DNA of 46,888 nucleotides from Oscillospiraceae bacterium (lineage in GTDB: Bacteria; Bacillota; Clostridia; Oscillospirales; Acutalibacteraceae): contig CADAGA010000001.1 in assembly GCA_902787275.1 (NCBI GenBank), positions 1 to 46,888 of the forward strand, read 5' to 3'. Position 1 is the first letter of the stretch. Each line of letters opens with the position of its first letter. The translations under genes were made by a program, and so were the position numbers. Shown in pieces: positions 12,199 to 21,873 of the stretch. The notes under the pieces were generated by a model. That model was not told where the DNA came from. It saw nothing but the letters and a program-made list of their open reading frames with translations, and ran no database searches.

Positions 12199-14222
12199 AA
12201 AAGCCCGAGATCCTCGCGCCTGTCGGTTCTGCCGAGGCGCTGACGGCTGCGCTGCGGTGCGGCGCGGACGCGGTGTATCTCGGCACGCAGCGATTCAATG
12301 CGCGCCGGAGCGCGTCCAACTTTGAGGAAGCGTCGCTGGAACAGACGGCGTTCCTCTGCCATACGCACGGTGCGAAGCTCTACCTGACGCTCAACACGCT
12401 GGCGTCGGACGCGGAGGCGGACGACCTTCGCCGGACGATCGCGTCGGCTGCCGCGGCGGGTGTGGATGCGCTGATCGTGCAGGATATGGGCGTTGCGCGT
12501 CTGGCGCGGGAAAGCTGCGACGTTCCGCTGCACGCGTCGACCCAGACGTCGGTTCAGACGGCCGAGGGCGTTGCGGTGCTGCGCGATATGGGCTTTTCAC
12601 GCGTGGTCGTGCCGCGGGAGCTGCGGCGCGAAGAGCTTTCGGAGATCCGTGAAAAGACCGATCTCGAGATCGAGACGTTCGTGCACGGTGCGCTGTGCAT
12701 GTGCGTGTCCGGCCAGTGCCTTCTCAGTGCTGTGTTCGGCGGACGCAGCGGCAACCGCGGGCTTTGCGCCCAGCCGTGCCGACTGCCGTTTGCGGCACCG
12801 GGCGGAACGGGACACGATCTGAGCCTGAAGGATCTGTCTCTGCTGCCGTATCTGCGCGAGCTGCGCGATTTGGGGATCGACTCGTTCAAGATCGAGGGAC
12901 GCATGAAGCGTCCGGAGTACGTCGCGGCGGCGGTGACCGCCTGCAGAGCGGCGCTCGACGGCGCGGACGACAGCGAGATCTTCGAGCTGCTGCGGCGGGT
13001 GTTCTCCCGCTCGGGCTTTACGGACGGATATTACACGGGCAACCTGGGCAGATCCATGTTCGGCACACGCCAGAAAGAGGACGTGACGGCGGCGCAGGGT
13101 GCGCTGCAAACGCTCGGGAAGCTCTATGAAACGCAGACGCCGCGCTATCCCGTGACTTTTTCTTTTGTCTGCCGCGCGAGAGAACCGGTGCAGCTGACCG
13201 CTGCGAGCGGCGATTACCGCGTGACGGTGCAGGGAGAAAAACCGGTGCCGGCGCAGAACCGCGCCACGGACGCGGCGGCAGTGCGCAAGCAGCTTCAGAA
13301 ATGCGGCGGAACGCTGTTTTCTCCCGAAACTATACAGATCGAACTGGACGACGGTCTGTTTCTGCCTGCGTCGGCGCTCAACGCGCTGCGCCGCGACGCT
13401 TTGGACGGCCTTTTGCAAAAGATCGGCGTCGCGCCGGAATATACATATCACGAAACGAAAGAACCGCATCTGCCGCACGAAGCGGGCAGGCGAAAGCTGT
13501 TCGTGCGGTTCGCGGACGAATCGCAGATCCCCGAAGGGTTTCGGGCGGACAGGATCATCCTGCCGCTGTACTGCGGCGCCGGGACCGTCGCCCGGTACGG
13601 CGCGGCGGTCGAGATCCCGCGCGGACTGTTCGGACGCGCACAGGAAGTGCGAGAAAAGCTGCACGCGTGCCGCGAAGCAGGCGTGCGCGAGGCGACGTTC
13701 GCGTCGCTCGACGGTCTGGCGCTCGCAAAGGAATGCGGCCTTGCGCCGATCGCGGGATTCGGCAGCAACGTGTTCAATACGCTGTCGCTGCGCGAATTGG
13801 AAGCGCGCGGCGTTTCGGCGGCGCTCGTGTCGCCGGAGCTGGCGCTCAGTGCGGCGCGCGATCTGGGCGGCGATCTGCCGCGCGGCGTGTTCGTCTACGG
13901 ACGGCTGCCGCTGATGCTCATGCGCAACTGTCCGCAGAAAAACGGAAAGACCTGCCGCGAATGCCAAAGAAGGGGCGAACTGACCGACCGCAAGGGCGTG
14001 ACGTTCCCGATCGAATGCCGCAGCGGATGTGCGGAGCTTTTGAATGACCGGCCGGTCTATCTTTTGGACAAGCAGAAGGATATCCGGAACGCGGATTTTG
14101 CGCTCGTGTATTTCACCAAGGAAACCGCCGCGGAATGTGCGGATATTCTGCGCGCATACGGGACTTGCGCGGAACCGACGGGTTCCTTCACGCGCGGGAT
14201 GGCGTTCAAGGGCGTCGAATAA
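12195..14222 (+). CDS. Peptidase U32 family protein (long, 675 aa)
   Basis: The start is MKKPEILAPVGSAEALTAALRCGADAVYLG. The U32 signature region ETFVHGALCMCVSGQCLLS is present. There is an ATGA overlap with the zapA stop. Confidence 0.85.
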   Translation: MKKPEILAPVGSAEALTAALRCGADAVYLGTQRFNARRSASNFEEASLEQTAFLCHTHGAKLYLTLNTLASDAEADDLRRTIASAAAAGVDALIVQDMGVARLARESCDVPLHASTQTSVQTAEGVAVLRDMGFSRVVVPRELRREELSEIREKTDLEIETFVHGALCMCVSGQCLLSAVFGGRSGNRGLCAQPCRLPFAAPGGTGHDLSLKDLSLLPYLRELRDLGIDSFKIEGRMKRPEYVAAAVTACRAALDGADDSEIFELLRRVFSRSGFTDGYYTGNLGRSMFGTRQKEDVTAAQGALQTLGKLYETQTPRYPVTFSFVCRAREPVQLTAASGDYRVTVQGEKPVPAQNRATDAAAVRKQLQKCGGTLFSPETIQIELDDGLFLPASALNALRRDALDGLLQKIGVAPEYTYHETKEPHLPHEAGRRKLFVRFADESQIPEGFRADRIILPLYCGAGTVARYGAAVEIPRGLFGRAQEVREKLHACREAGVREATFASLDGLALAKECGLAPIAGFGSNVFNTLSLRELEARGVSAALVSPELALSAARDLGGDLPRGVFVYGRLPLMLMRNCPQKNGKTCRECQRRGELTDRKGVTFPIECRSGCAELLNDRPVYLLDKQKDIRNADFALVYFTKETAAECADILRAYGTCAEPTGSFTRGMAFKGVE

Positions 14223-14255
14223 TGATTCATATAGGAACGAAAGGATGATCTCCAC

Positions 14256-15605
14256 TTGCAGGAACTCAAGTTCTTTGTCATTACCGATACGCATTTTTTT
14301 AAAAATTCGATCGGCGCGTACGGCACGGATTATGAGCTGTACATGGACACCCAGCAAAAATGCTTTGCCGAGACCGAGGCGATCAACCGCGCCGTGTTCG
14401 ACGATCTCGCCCGGCGCGACGACGCCGATATCGTGCTGATCGCGGGCGATCTGACGTTCAACGGCGAAAAGGAAAGTCATCGGGCATTTTCCGAAATGCT
14501 GCACGATTTTCAGCAAAAGACCGGCAAGCAGGTCTACGTCGTTACGGCGGGACACGACGTGAACGCCGAACCGTACGGCTTCAACGAAAACGGGCGCTTC
14601 ACCGTCGAGGGCACGACGTACGCCGAGCTGTACGATTTCTACAGAGACTTCGGTTACGACCGCGCGATCGAGTTTGACCGCGAGCATCTGTCCTACGTTG
14701 CCGACCTCTCCGACGACGTGCGTCTTCTGGTGATCTGCAACGACACGGCCGACGCAAAGCACGTCACGTATTCGGACGAGTTTCTCGGCTGGATCGCTTC
14801 ACAGGCGCAGAAAGCGCGCGCGGACGGCAAAATGATGATCGCCATGGAGCACTATCCCGTCCTCGCGGGACAGCCGCTGCTCGCCCTGATCGGCGACGCA
14901 CGGCAGTCGGAAGCGGGCGAGCTCGTCGACACGCTTGCCGACAACGGCGTACATCTCATTTTCACCGGCCACATGCACAACCAGAGCGTCAACGTCGTCG
15001 AAACGCAGAAGGGCAACAAGCTGGTCGACGTCTGCACGGGCTGCACGATCGGCTGCCCGGCGTTCATGCGTCTGGTCACGGTGAAGGACGAACACACTGT
15101 GCAGATCGAGAGCATCCCGACGCCCGACTTCGACTGGGACAAGCACGGGCAGACCGGCAAGGAGTATCTCAAGGTGCAGTTCGACCGCATGATCCGCACG
15201 TTCATCGACTGCATGGAAAACGACCCGGTGCGCTTCATGAACAAGGTGCATATCAAAAGCACGCCGGCGCTGCAGAAGGCATTTCATGTGCTCGGCAAGC
15301 GCCTTCGCCGCATGACGATCGGCGGCTTTACGCGGCTTCTGTTCGTGCGCGCGGCGCCGGAGATCAAAAACCATTCGTTCACCGATTTCGCGATCGATCT
15401 GGTGCGCATCGTGTTCGAGGGCAACCAGCCGTTCGTCGAGGGCACGCCGGAGGGCGATACGCTGCTGCGCGTGTTCCGCCGGCTCGCGCCGTTCTTCAAG
15501 TCGATGAAGGATGCGCAGGGCGAACCGGTCGATTTCTACGAGATGATGAAGCATACGGTCGGCAACTACGGCTTGGACGATTACAATACCACTTTGAACT
15601 TTTAA
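14256..15605 (+). CDS. Calcineurin-like metallophosphoesterase with a C-terminal extension of about 170 aa (no signal peptide)
   Basis: TTG start at 14256. Motifs VITDTHF, IAGDLTFNGE and FTGHMHNQ are present. Confidence 0.75.
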   Translation: MQELKFFVITDTHFFKNSIGAYGTDYELYMDTQQKCFAETEAINRAVFDDLARRDDADIVLIAGDLTFNGEKESHRAFSEMLHDFQQKTGKQVYVVTAGHDVNAEPYGFNENGRFTVEGTTYAELYDFYRDFGYDRAIEFDREHLSYVADLSDDVRLLVICNDTADAKHVTYSDEFLGWIASQAQKARADGKMMIAMEHYPVLAGQPLLALIGDARQSEAGELVDTLADNGVHLIFTGHMHNQSVNVVETQKGNKLVDVCTGCTIGCPAFMRLVTVKDEHTVQIESIPTPDFDWDKHGQTGKEYLKVQFDRMIRTFIDCMENDPVRFMNKVHIKSTPALQKAFHVLGKRLRRMTIGGFTRLLFVRAAPEIKNHSFTDFAIDLVRIVFEGNQPFVEGTPEGDTLLRVFRRLAPFFKSMKDAQGEPVDFYEMMKHTVGNYGLDDYNTTLNF

Positions 15606-15621
15606 AGGGGAGATCAAACAT

Positions 15622-17154
15622 ATGAAAAAGAACAAGAACGCAACCCTCGGAAAACCGGCGAACGCGCTGCCGTCCGACACCGGCAAGAACATTACAAAGT
15701 TCGAGTACGTCTGTCTGATTCTCGCGCGTATGGGCGGCATGTTCGGCACGACGCTGACCGGCACGCTGGCCGCGGCGTTCCTGCATGAGCTGTATTTCGG
15801 ACCGGTCGGCGTCGACTCGGACGGGATCGCCAAGATCCTTGCCGTGCAGACGACGATCACCACGCTCCTGAGTGTGGCGATCGGATTGGTCGCGGGCGTT
15901 GTCGTCCAGAAATGGAAGAGCCGCTGGGGACGCTACCGCCAGTGGTACATCATCTGCCTCGTTCCGATCTTTGCGTTGACCGTGCTGTATTTCTACGTGC
16001 CGCAGGGCTGGACGGTGCAGCAGATGACCATGCTGCGTTACGGCATCGCGGTCGGTCAGACGATCTTCAATGCTTTCAACAATCTCGGCCAGAACGTCAT
16101 GCAGGTCATCTCGCCCAATCCGAAGGAAAAGAAGACCGTCGCCACGATCTGGCAGATCTCCTATTACCTCGGTTACGGCGGCGCTTATCTCGGAACGTTC
16201 GTTTACGGTCTGTTCAGCGACGACAAGAACGCGATGTACATGACGCTCGCGATCGTTGCCGCGATCGTGACCGCGTTCGGCAACCTGATGTGCGGTCTGT
16301 TCTGCAAGGAACGCATCGAACTGCCGCGTCAGGAAAAGGTCAAGGTGTCCAAGGCGCTGTTCTCCCTGTTCAAATACCGCAACTACCGCGCGTATCAGTA
16401 TATCCAGTGGGTGAACAACTTTGCCGCGATCGGCAAATTCACGACGTTCCTCGTGGCCATCACGGTCGGCTCGTCCAAGAATCTGCTGCTGACGATCCCG
16501 TCGGCGGCCGGTACGGTGGTCGGCAACCTCATCACCGCCAAGCTCTCCAAGAAGCATGAACCGACGAAGCTGCTGAAATTCACCGGTCCTTACGCCATGG
16601 TTTCCGCAGCGGTTGTATTCCTGACCTGCTGGATCGAGGCGAAGATGGGACTGATGTTCTTCTCCGGCTGGAACAGCGCATTCTTCTACGTGTTCTATTT
16701 CCTGTTCGGCGTGGGCATCGGCATCCAGGAGCTGTCGACCTCGCATTTCAACGTCGAATACTTCGACTATCTCGAGTGGCAGACCGGCGACCGTATGGAA
16801 GCGATCCAGGGCGTCGTTCCGGGCTGGATCAACCAGTTCCTGGGCTACCTCAAAGAGCTGGCGATCCCGTTCCTCATCGCATGGGTGGGCTATCAGTCCT
16901 CGGCGGAGGGCGACCTCGTCAAGACCATGCAGGCACAGCCCGGCTATATGAAGACGTGTCTGTGGCTGCTGGCGTTCCTGCTGTTCGGCTATGCAATCAG
17001 CAATATGGCCAAGGCGATCATCCTCAAGCTGTTCTATGACGTCGAGGGCGAAAAGAAGGCGCAGATGTACAAGGAGCTCGAGGAGATGCGCGCAGCGCGT
17101 CACATCGAAAACGAAGAGATCGTCAAGCAGATGTCCGCGGAGGTTGCGGAATGA
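15622..17154 (+). CDS. MFS/GPH-family (glycoside-pentoside-hexuronide:cation symporter-like) transporter
   Basis: 510 aa with about 12 hydrophobic segments. The N-terminal region KFEYVCLILARMGGMFGTTL resembles MelB/GPH transporters. GGGGAG RBS. Confidence 0.7.
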   Translation: MKKNKNATLGKPANALPSDTGKNITKFEYVCLILARMGGMFGTTLTGTLAAAFLHELYFGPVGVDSDGIAKILAVQTTITTLLSVAIGLVAGVVVQKWKSRWGRYRQWYIICLVPIFALTVLYFYVPQGWTVQQMTMLRYGIAVGQTIFNAFNNLGQNVMQVISPNPKEKKTVATIWQISYYLGYGGAYLGTFVYGLFSDDKNAMYMTLAIVAAIVTAFGNLMCGLFCKERIELPRQEKVKVSKALFSLFKYRNYRAYQYIQWVNNFAAIGKFTTFLVAITVGSSKNLLLTIPSAAGTVVGNLITAKLSKKHEPTKLLKFTGPYAMVSAAVVFLTCWIEAKMGLMFFSGWNSAFFYVFYFLFGVGIGIQELSTSHFNVEYFDYLEWQTGDRMEAIQGVVPGWINQFLGYLKELAIPFLIAWVGYQSSAEGDLVKTMQAQPGYMKTCLWLLAFLLFGYAISNMAKAIILKLFYDVEGEKKAQMYKELEEMRAARHIENEEIVKQMSAEVAE

Positions 17155-18071
17155 CGTTTATCAACGTAAGAGAGAATCCGGACGTGTACGCCGACGGCGC
17201 GCACGACGATACCAGGGCGCTGCAGGCATGTCTGGACGAAGCGAAGGACGGCGGCACCGTATACTTTCCGGACGGCACGTATCTGCTCTCCGGCGCGCTG
17301 ATCTTCTACTCGCACCAGCGGCTGCGTCTGTCCGATAACGCGGTGCTCCTGCGCAGCGCGCAGAGTGACCCGCTCACGCACTATCTGCTCGCGTCTTATT
17401 CCGAGCCGGAATGGGCGGGCTACAGCGGCACACACGACGTCGTGATCTCCGGCGGCGTGTTCGACGGCGGCGCGGATATAGAAGAAGTGTCTACGCTCGT
17501 CAACACCGTGCACTGCAGCAATATCCTGATCGAAAACTGCCGTTTCCGCCACTGTTTCCGCTGGCACTTCATCGAGATCAACGGCACGGAAAAGGCGACC
17601 GTCCGAAACTGCGTGTTCGAGGGCCCGAGCTATACGTTCGTGCCGGATCATCTGCTCAACGAGATGATCCAGCTCGACTCCTCGCACCAGGGCTCCTACG
17701 GGCCTGTCTATGACTGCAGCGGAACGCTCGTCGACTTTTTCGACGACGGCATGGCATGCCGCGATATCGTGATCGAGAACAATCTCTTCAAGTGCGACGG
17801 CTTTCCCGGCATCGGTCACCACGGCGACGGCGCGCATCACGACATCGACATTCGCGGCAATATCTTCGACGGTCCGTCCGGACGCTACGGCAAGAGCCGC
17901 GGCTATATCTTTTTCAAGCCGGACGTGTATAACGTGCGCGTGTACGACAACGTGTTCCTCGCACCGGAAGAACCGACCGAGCCGAACGTCGCCATGATCT
18001 CGGAGAATCCCGATCCGTCCGCGCTGACGGAATGGGACAACGTGTTCCGCGGGCGGTTCGACAACCGCTGA
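17151..18071 (+). CDS. Right-handed beta-helix protein of the pectate-lyase superfamily (GH28-related, Pectate_lyase_3-like)
   Basis: ADGAHDDTRALQACLDEAKDGGTVYFPDGTYLLSGAL is the typical N-terminal motif of this family. There is an ATGA overlap with the transporter stop. No signal peptide. Confidence 0.7.
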   Translation: MTFINVRENPDVYADGAHDDTRALQACLDEAKDGGTVYFPDGTYLLSGALIFYSHQRLRLSDNAVLLRSAQSDPLTHYLLASYSEPEWAGYSGTHDVVISGGVFDGGADIEEVSTLVNTVHCSNILIENCRFRHCFRWHFIEINGTEKATVRNCVFEGPSYTFVPDHLLNEMIQLDSSHQGSYGPVYDCSGTLVDFFDDGMACRDIVIENNLFKCDGFPGIGHHGDGAHHDIDIRGNIFDGPSGRYGKSRGYIFFKPDVYNVRVYDNVFLAPEEPTEPNVAMISENPDPSALTEWDNVFRGRFDNR

Positions 18072-18112
18072 AGACCGCCCGAAACTGAATCCCCAAAAAG
18101 GAGGCTTCCCTC

Positions 18113-19090
18113 ATGCTGAAAACCATCACGCTGCGCGTCTGCTCCGCCGTCGTTTCTCTGGCGATGCTGCTGACGATCGGCTTCGCCTCGGGCGAAAAAT
18201 ATGACGTCAAAGACCCGGACAAGTGCCTGCTGAACTTTTCGATCCTGTCGGACGCCCATATCGAGGGCAATAACTACGCACGGTACAAGATCTTTGCAAA
18301 GTCCCTGCAGGACGTCAAACGCAACCAAAGCGGCAACGATGCCGTGATCTTTCTCGGCGACAACACGATGAACGGGCAGCACATCGAAAACATGCTTTTC
18401 CACGGCACGGTGCATGCGCTGCTGCGGGGCGAGACGGTTCTGCCCGTGCAGGGAAACCACGACATCGGCAACGGACAGGGCGACTTCCAAACGCTCCAGA
18501 ACCGCTGGTACGATTACACCGCGGCGTTCTTCGGCAGAAAACTCGAGCATCCATATTACTATGAAGTCATCGACGGCTGCTATTTCATCGTGCTCGGGCA
18601 GGAATCGCACCGCGTCTATGAGATGACCATGTCCGACGCGCAGTTCGATTTCCTTGCGCAGGTGCTCTCAAAGGCTGCCGAGAGCGGCAAGCCCGCGTTC
18701 GTGTTCCTGCATATTCCGACCGATGACGCGACCGATCTCGATCTCGTTCCGACCGACCGCCTGACAAAGATGCTGGCCGAATACAACCGCGAACACGACC
18801 TGTTCTGCTTCGTCGGCCACACGCACATGCCGCTGCATCTGTTCTGGTCGTTCCACACCTATGACGGGTTCCCGGAGACCTATCTGCCGCGTCTGACGGA
18901 TCTCGGCGGCGAGAACGACAACGAGCCGATCGAGCGTTCCGGCGTCGGCATGGAAGTCGAATTGTATGAAAACGAAGTTGTGCTGCGCGGCCGCAACTTC
19001 TACCGGGGCGAATGGTACGTCGATCCGGCGGAGGATGAGGGCACGCTGTGCGAAGTGACTTACACGCTGAAAAATCCGATTCAAGAATAA
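18113..19090 (+). CDS. Secreted or membrane-anchored metallophosphoesterase
   Basis: The N-terminus is a hydrophobic signal or anchor (MLKTITLRVCSAVVSLAMLLTIGFA). Motifs SDAH, LGDNTMNG, GNHD and VGHTH are present. AGGAGG RBS. Confidence 0.75.
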   Translation: MLKTITLRVCSAVVSLAMLLTIGFASGEKYDVKDPDKCLLNFSILSDAHIEGNNYARYKIFAKSLQDVKRNQSGNDAVIFLGDNTMNGQHIENMLFHGTVHALLRGETVLPVQGNHDIGNGQGDFQTLQNRWYDYTAAFFGRKLEHPYYYEVIDGCYFIVLGQESHRVYEMTMSDAQFDFLAQVLSKAAESGKPAFVFLHIPTDDATDLDLVPTDRLTKMLAEYNREHDLFCFVGHTHMPLHLFWSFHTYDGFPETYLPRLTDLGGENDNEPIERSGVGMEVELYENEVVLRGRNFYRGEWYVDPAEDEGTLCEVTYTLKNPIQE

Positions 19091-19099
19091 TGGACACTT

Positions 19100-19129
19100 T
19101 CACCAAATTGCCTATTGACAATTTGGTGA
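19100..19129. promoter_or_regulatory. Perfect 11-bp inverted repeat (8-nt loop); terminator-like hairpin for the upstream operon and/or operator overlapping the typA -35
   Basis: TCACCAAATTG (19100-19110) and CAATTTGGTGA (19119-19129) are exact reverse complements. There is no strong T-run afterwards. Confidence 0.4.
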
Positions 19130-19143
19130 TTCTGCCTTAAAAT
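19115..19143 (+). promoter_or_regulatory. Candidate sigma70-type promoter for typA
   Basis: -35 TTGACA (19115-19120), 17-nt spacer, -10 TAAAAT (19138-19143). Confidence 0.5.
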
Positions 19144-19180
19144 CAGACTGTTTAAACCCTATTGAAAGGTGAGACCTTTT

Positions 19181-21004
19181 TTGCAAAAACGAGAAGACGT
19201 ACGAAACATTGCCATCATCGCCCACGTTGACCACGGCAAGACGACGCTCGTGGACGAAATGCTCAAGCAGAGCGGCATTTTCCGCCAGAACGAGCAGGTG
19301 CAGGAGCGCGTGATGGACTCCAACGATCTGGAGCGCGAGCGCGGCATCACGATCCTGTCGAAGAACACTGCCGTGCATTACAAAGGCACGAAAATCAACA
19401 TCGTCGACACGCCCGGCCACGCGGACTTCGGCGGCGAGGTGGAGCGCATCCTGATGATGGTGGACGGCGTGCTGCTGCTGGTGGACGCGTTTGAGGGCTG
19501 CATGCCGCAGACGCGTTTCGTGCTGCAGAAGGCGCTGAATCTCAAAAAGACCGTTCTGGTCGTCATCAACAAGATCGACCGTCCCGGCGCGCGTCCGGCG
19601 CAGGTCGTGGACGAAACGCTCGATCTGTTCATCGAGCTGGGCGCGGACGAGGATCAGCTCGAGTTCCCCGTGATCTACGCTTCCGCCAAGGACGGCTATT
19701 CGTCCGAGGACGACAGCGTGCGCGAGGGCGACATGCGTCCGCTGCTGGATGCGATCCTCAGAGAGATCCAGCCGCCGCAGGGCGACGCTGACGGACCGCT
19801 GCAGATCCTGTTTTCCAGCCTGGAATACGACGACTATATCGGCCGCATCGGCATCGGCCGCGTCGAGCGCGGCAGCGTGCACAGGGGCGAGGCGGTCGTG
19901 CTGTGCCGCACCGACGGCTCGACGGAAAACGTGAAAGTCTCCCGTCTGTACCAGTTCGAGGGGCTCAAGCGCGTGGAGGTGGAATCCGCGTCGCTGGGCG
20001 ACATCGTCTGCGTGTCGGGTATTGAGGACATCAACATCGGTGAAACGGCGTGCAGTCCCGAAAAGATCGAGCCGCTGCCGTTCATCCGCATCGACGAGCC
20101 GACCATTTCGATGAACTTCATCGTCAACGACAGCCCCTTCGCCGGACGCGAGGGCAAGTTCGTCACCAGCCGCAACATCCGCGACCGCCTGTTCAAGGAG
20201 GTCGAAACGAACGTGAGCATGCGCGTCGAGGAGACCGAGACGACCGACACGTTCAAGGTGTCGGGACGCGGCGAGCTGCACCTGTCCATCCTGATCGAGA
20301 CGATGCGCCGCCAGGGGTACGAATTCCAGGTGTCCCGCCCGAAGGTCATCTTCAAGGAGATCGACGGCGTGCTGCACGAGCCGATGGAGCTGCTGATCGT
20401 CGAGGTGCCCGAGGCGTACGTCGGCGCGGTGATCGAAAAGCTCGGCTCGCGCAAGGGCGAACTGGAGAATATGGGCGCGCGTGACGGCGGAGCGACGCAT
20501 CTGGAGTTCCGCATCCCGTCGCGCGGGCTGATCGGCTACCGTTCGGAATTCATGACCGATACGAACGGCAACGGCATCATGAACCAGCTTTTCGCGGGGT
20601 ATGAGCCGTACAAGGGCGACATCGTGACGCGCGAGCGCGGTTCGATCGTCGTGCATGAGACGGGCGTGAGCACCGGCTACGGTCTGTTCAATTCGCAGGA
20701 TCGCGGTCGTCTGTTTATCGGGCCCGGCGTCGAGGTGTACGAGGGCATGATCGTCGGCGAATGTGCCAAGAACGAGGACATTGTCTGCAACGTCTGCCGC
20801 AAAAAGCAGCTCACGAACACGCGCGCAGCCGGCAGCGACGATGCGCTGCGGCTGGTGCCGCCGACTGTGCTGAGCCTTGAGCAATGCATGGAATTCATCA
20901 AGGACGACGAGCTTCTGGAGATCACGCCGCAGTCGCTGCGTCTGCGCAAGAAGGTGCTTTCCAAGGAGCAGCGTCTGAAACAGGAGCACCGGAAGAAATC
21001 GTGA
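19181..21004 (+). CDS. typA: Translational GTPase TypA/BipA
   Basis: ORF 19169..21004. I prefer TTG 19181, downstream of GAAAGG (GTG 19169 is the alternative). The sequence has IRNIAIIAHVDHGKTTL, DTPGHADFGGEVER and NKIDR, plus EF-G-like domains. Confidence 0.92.
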   Translation: MQKREDVRNIAIIAHVDHGKTTLVDEMLKQSGIFRQNEQVQERVMDSNDLERERGITILSKNTAVHYKGTKINIVDTPGHADFGGEVERILMMVDGVLLLVDAFEGCMPQTRFVLQKALNLKKTVLVVINKIDRPGARPAQVVDETLDLFIELGADEDQLEFPVIYASAKDGYSSEDDSVREGDMRPLLDAILREIQPPQGDADGPLQILFSSLEYDDYIGRIGIGRVERGSVHRGEAVVLCRTDGSTENVKVSRLYQFEGLKRVEVESASLGDIVCVSGIEDINIGETACSPEKIEPLPFIRIDEPTISMNFIVNDSPFAGREGKFVTSRNIRDRLFKEVETNVSMRVEETETTDTFKVSGRGELHLSILIETMRRQGYEFQVSRPKVIFKEIDGVLHEPMELLIVEVPEAYVGAVIEKLGSRKGELENMGARDGGATHLEFRIPSRGLIGYRSEFMTDTNGNGIMNQLFAGYEPYKGDIVTRERGSIVVHETGVSTGYGLFNSQDRGRLFIGPGVEVYEGMIVGECAKNEDIVCNVCRKKQLTNTRAAGSDDALRLVPPTVLSLEQCMEFIKDDELLEITPQSLRLRKKVLSKEQRLKQEHRKKS

Positions 21005-21873
21005 GAGAGCATAAAACGTCCGTTGCGCTCGGCAGTTTTGACGGGCTGCACGCGGGTCATCAAAGCGTACTGCAAAACGCCCTGTCCTTTTGCGAGGACG
21101 GGCTTTTGCCGCTTTGTCTTTTATTCGACGTGCATCCGCAGACGGTGCTGCGCGGATCGCCGCCGCCGCTGCTGATGGCGCCGGACGAACGGGACGCGCG
21201 TCTGCGTGCGATGGGCTTTTCCCTGCGGACGGTCTCGTTTGCGGATATTTGCGGCATGGAGCCGGAAGCGTTCGTGCGGGTTGTCCTTTCGGACACGCTG
21301 CATGCGGGCGCGGTTTCCTGCGGCTACAACTACCGGTTCGGCAAGGGCGGTTCCGGCGACGCGGCGTGTCTGCGTCGCCTGTGTGAGCAGAACGGCATCA
21401 GGATCCGCGTCTGTCCGCCTGTGGAATCCGGCGGCGAAGCGGTCAGCTCCACGCGCATCCGCACGCTGTTGGAAAGCGGCGCCTGCGCGGAAGCCGCGGA
21501 GCTTCTCGGCAGACCGTTTTCCTTCACCGAGACGGTCGTCCACGGCGCGGAGAACGGCCGGATCTACGGGTACCCGACGATCAACCAGCATCTGCCGCAG
21601 GGTCTGGTCACGCCGAAGTTCGGTGTGTACGTTTCCCAAACGCTCGTTGACGGCACGTGGTACGATTCACTGACGAACATCGGCACGCGTCCCACGCTGC
21701 CGGACGAAACGCCCGTGTGCGAGACGCATATTCTCGGCGTCGACCGCACGCTTTACGGCGATGCGATCACCGTCGCGCTCAGGCGGTATCTGCGCGCGGA
21801 AAAGAAATTCGCGTCGCTCGAAGAGGTGTTCCGTCAGGTGCGTCTCGATCTTGCGCAAGCGGGTCTATCCTAA
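21001..21873 (+). CDS. ribF: Bifunctional riboflavin kinase / FMN adenylyltransferase
   Basis: ORF 20884..21873 trimmed to GTG 21001, a GTGA overlap with the typA stop. The sequence has ALGSFDGLHAGHQ, SSTRIR, and the riboflavin-kinase region GYPTINQ...ETHIL. Confidence 0.85.
   Translation: MREHKTSVALGSFDGLHAGHQSVLQNALSFCEDGLLPLCLLFDVHPQTVLRGSPPPLLMAPDERDARLRAMGFSLRTVSFADICGMEPEAFVRVVLSDTLHAGAVSCGYNYRFGKGGSGDAACLRRLCEQNGIRIRVCPPVESGGEAVSSTRIRTLLESGACAEAAELLGRPFSFTETVVHGAENGRIYGYPTINQHLPQGLVTPKFGVYVSQTLVDGTWYDSLTNIGTRPTLPDETPVCETHILGVDRTLYGDAITVALRRYLRAEKKFASLEEVFRQVRLDLAQAGLS

Noticed and set aside
20884-21000. The upstream extension of the ribF ORF (start at 20884, inside typA).
   Set aside because: The extension overlaps typA by 121 nt and adds Ala/Gly/Arg-rich sequence with no similarity to RibF N-termini. 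GTG 21001 gives the canonical ...ALGSFDGLHAGHQ spacing and a GTGA stop/start junction.
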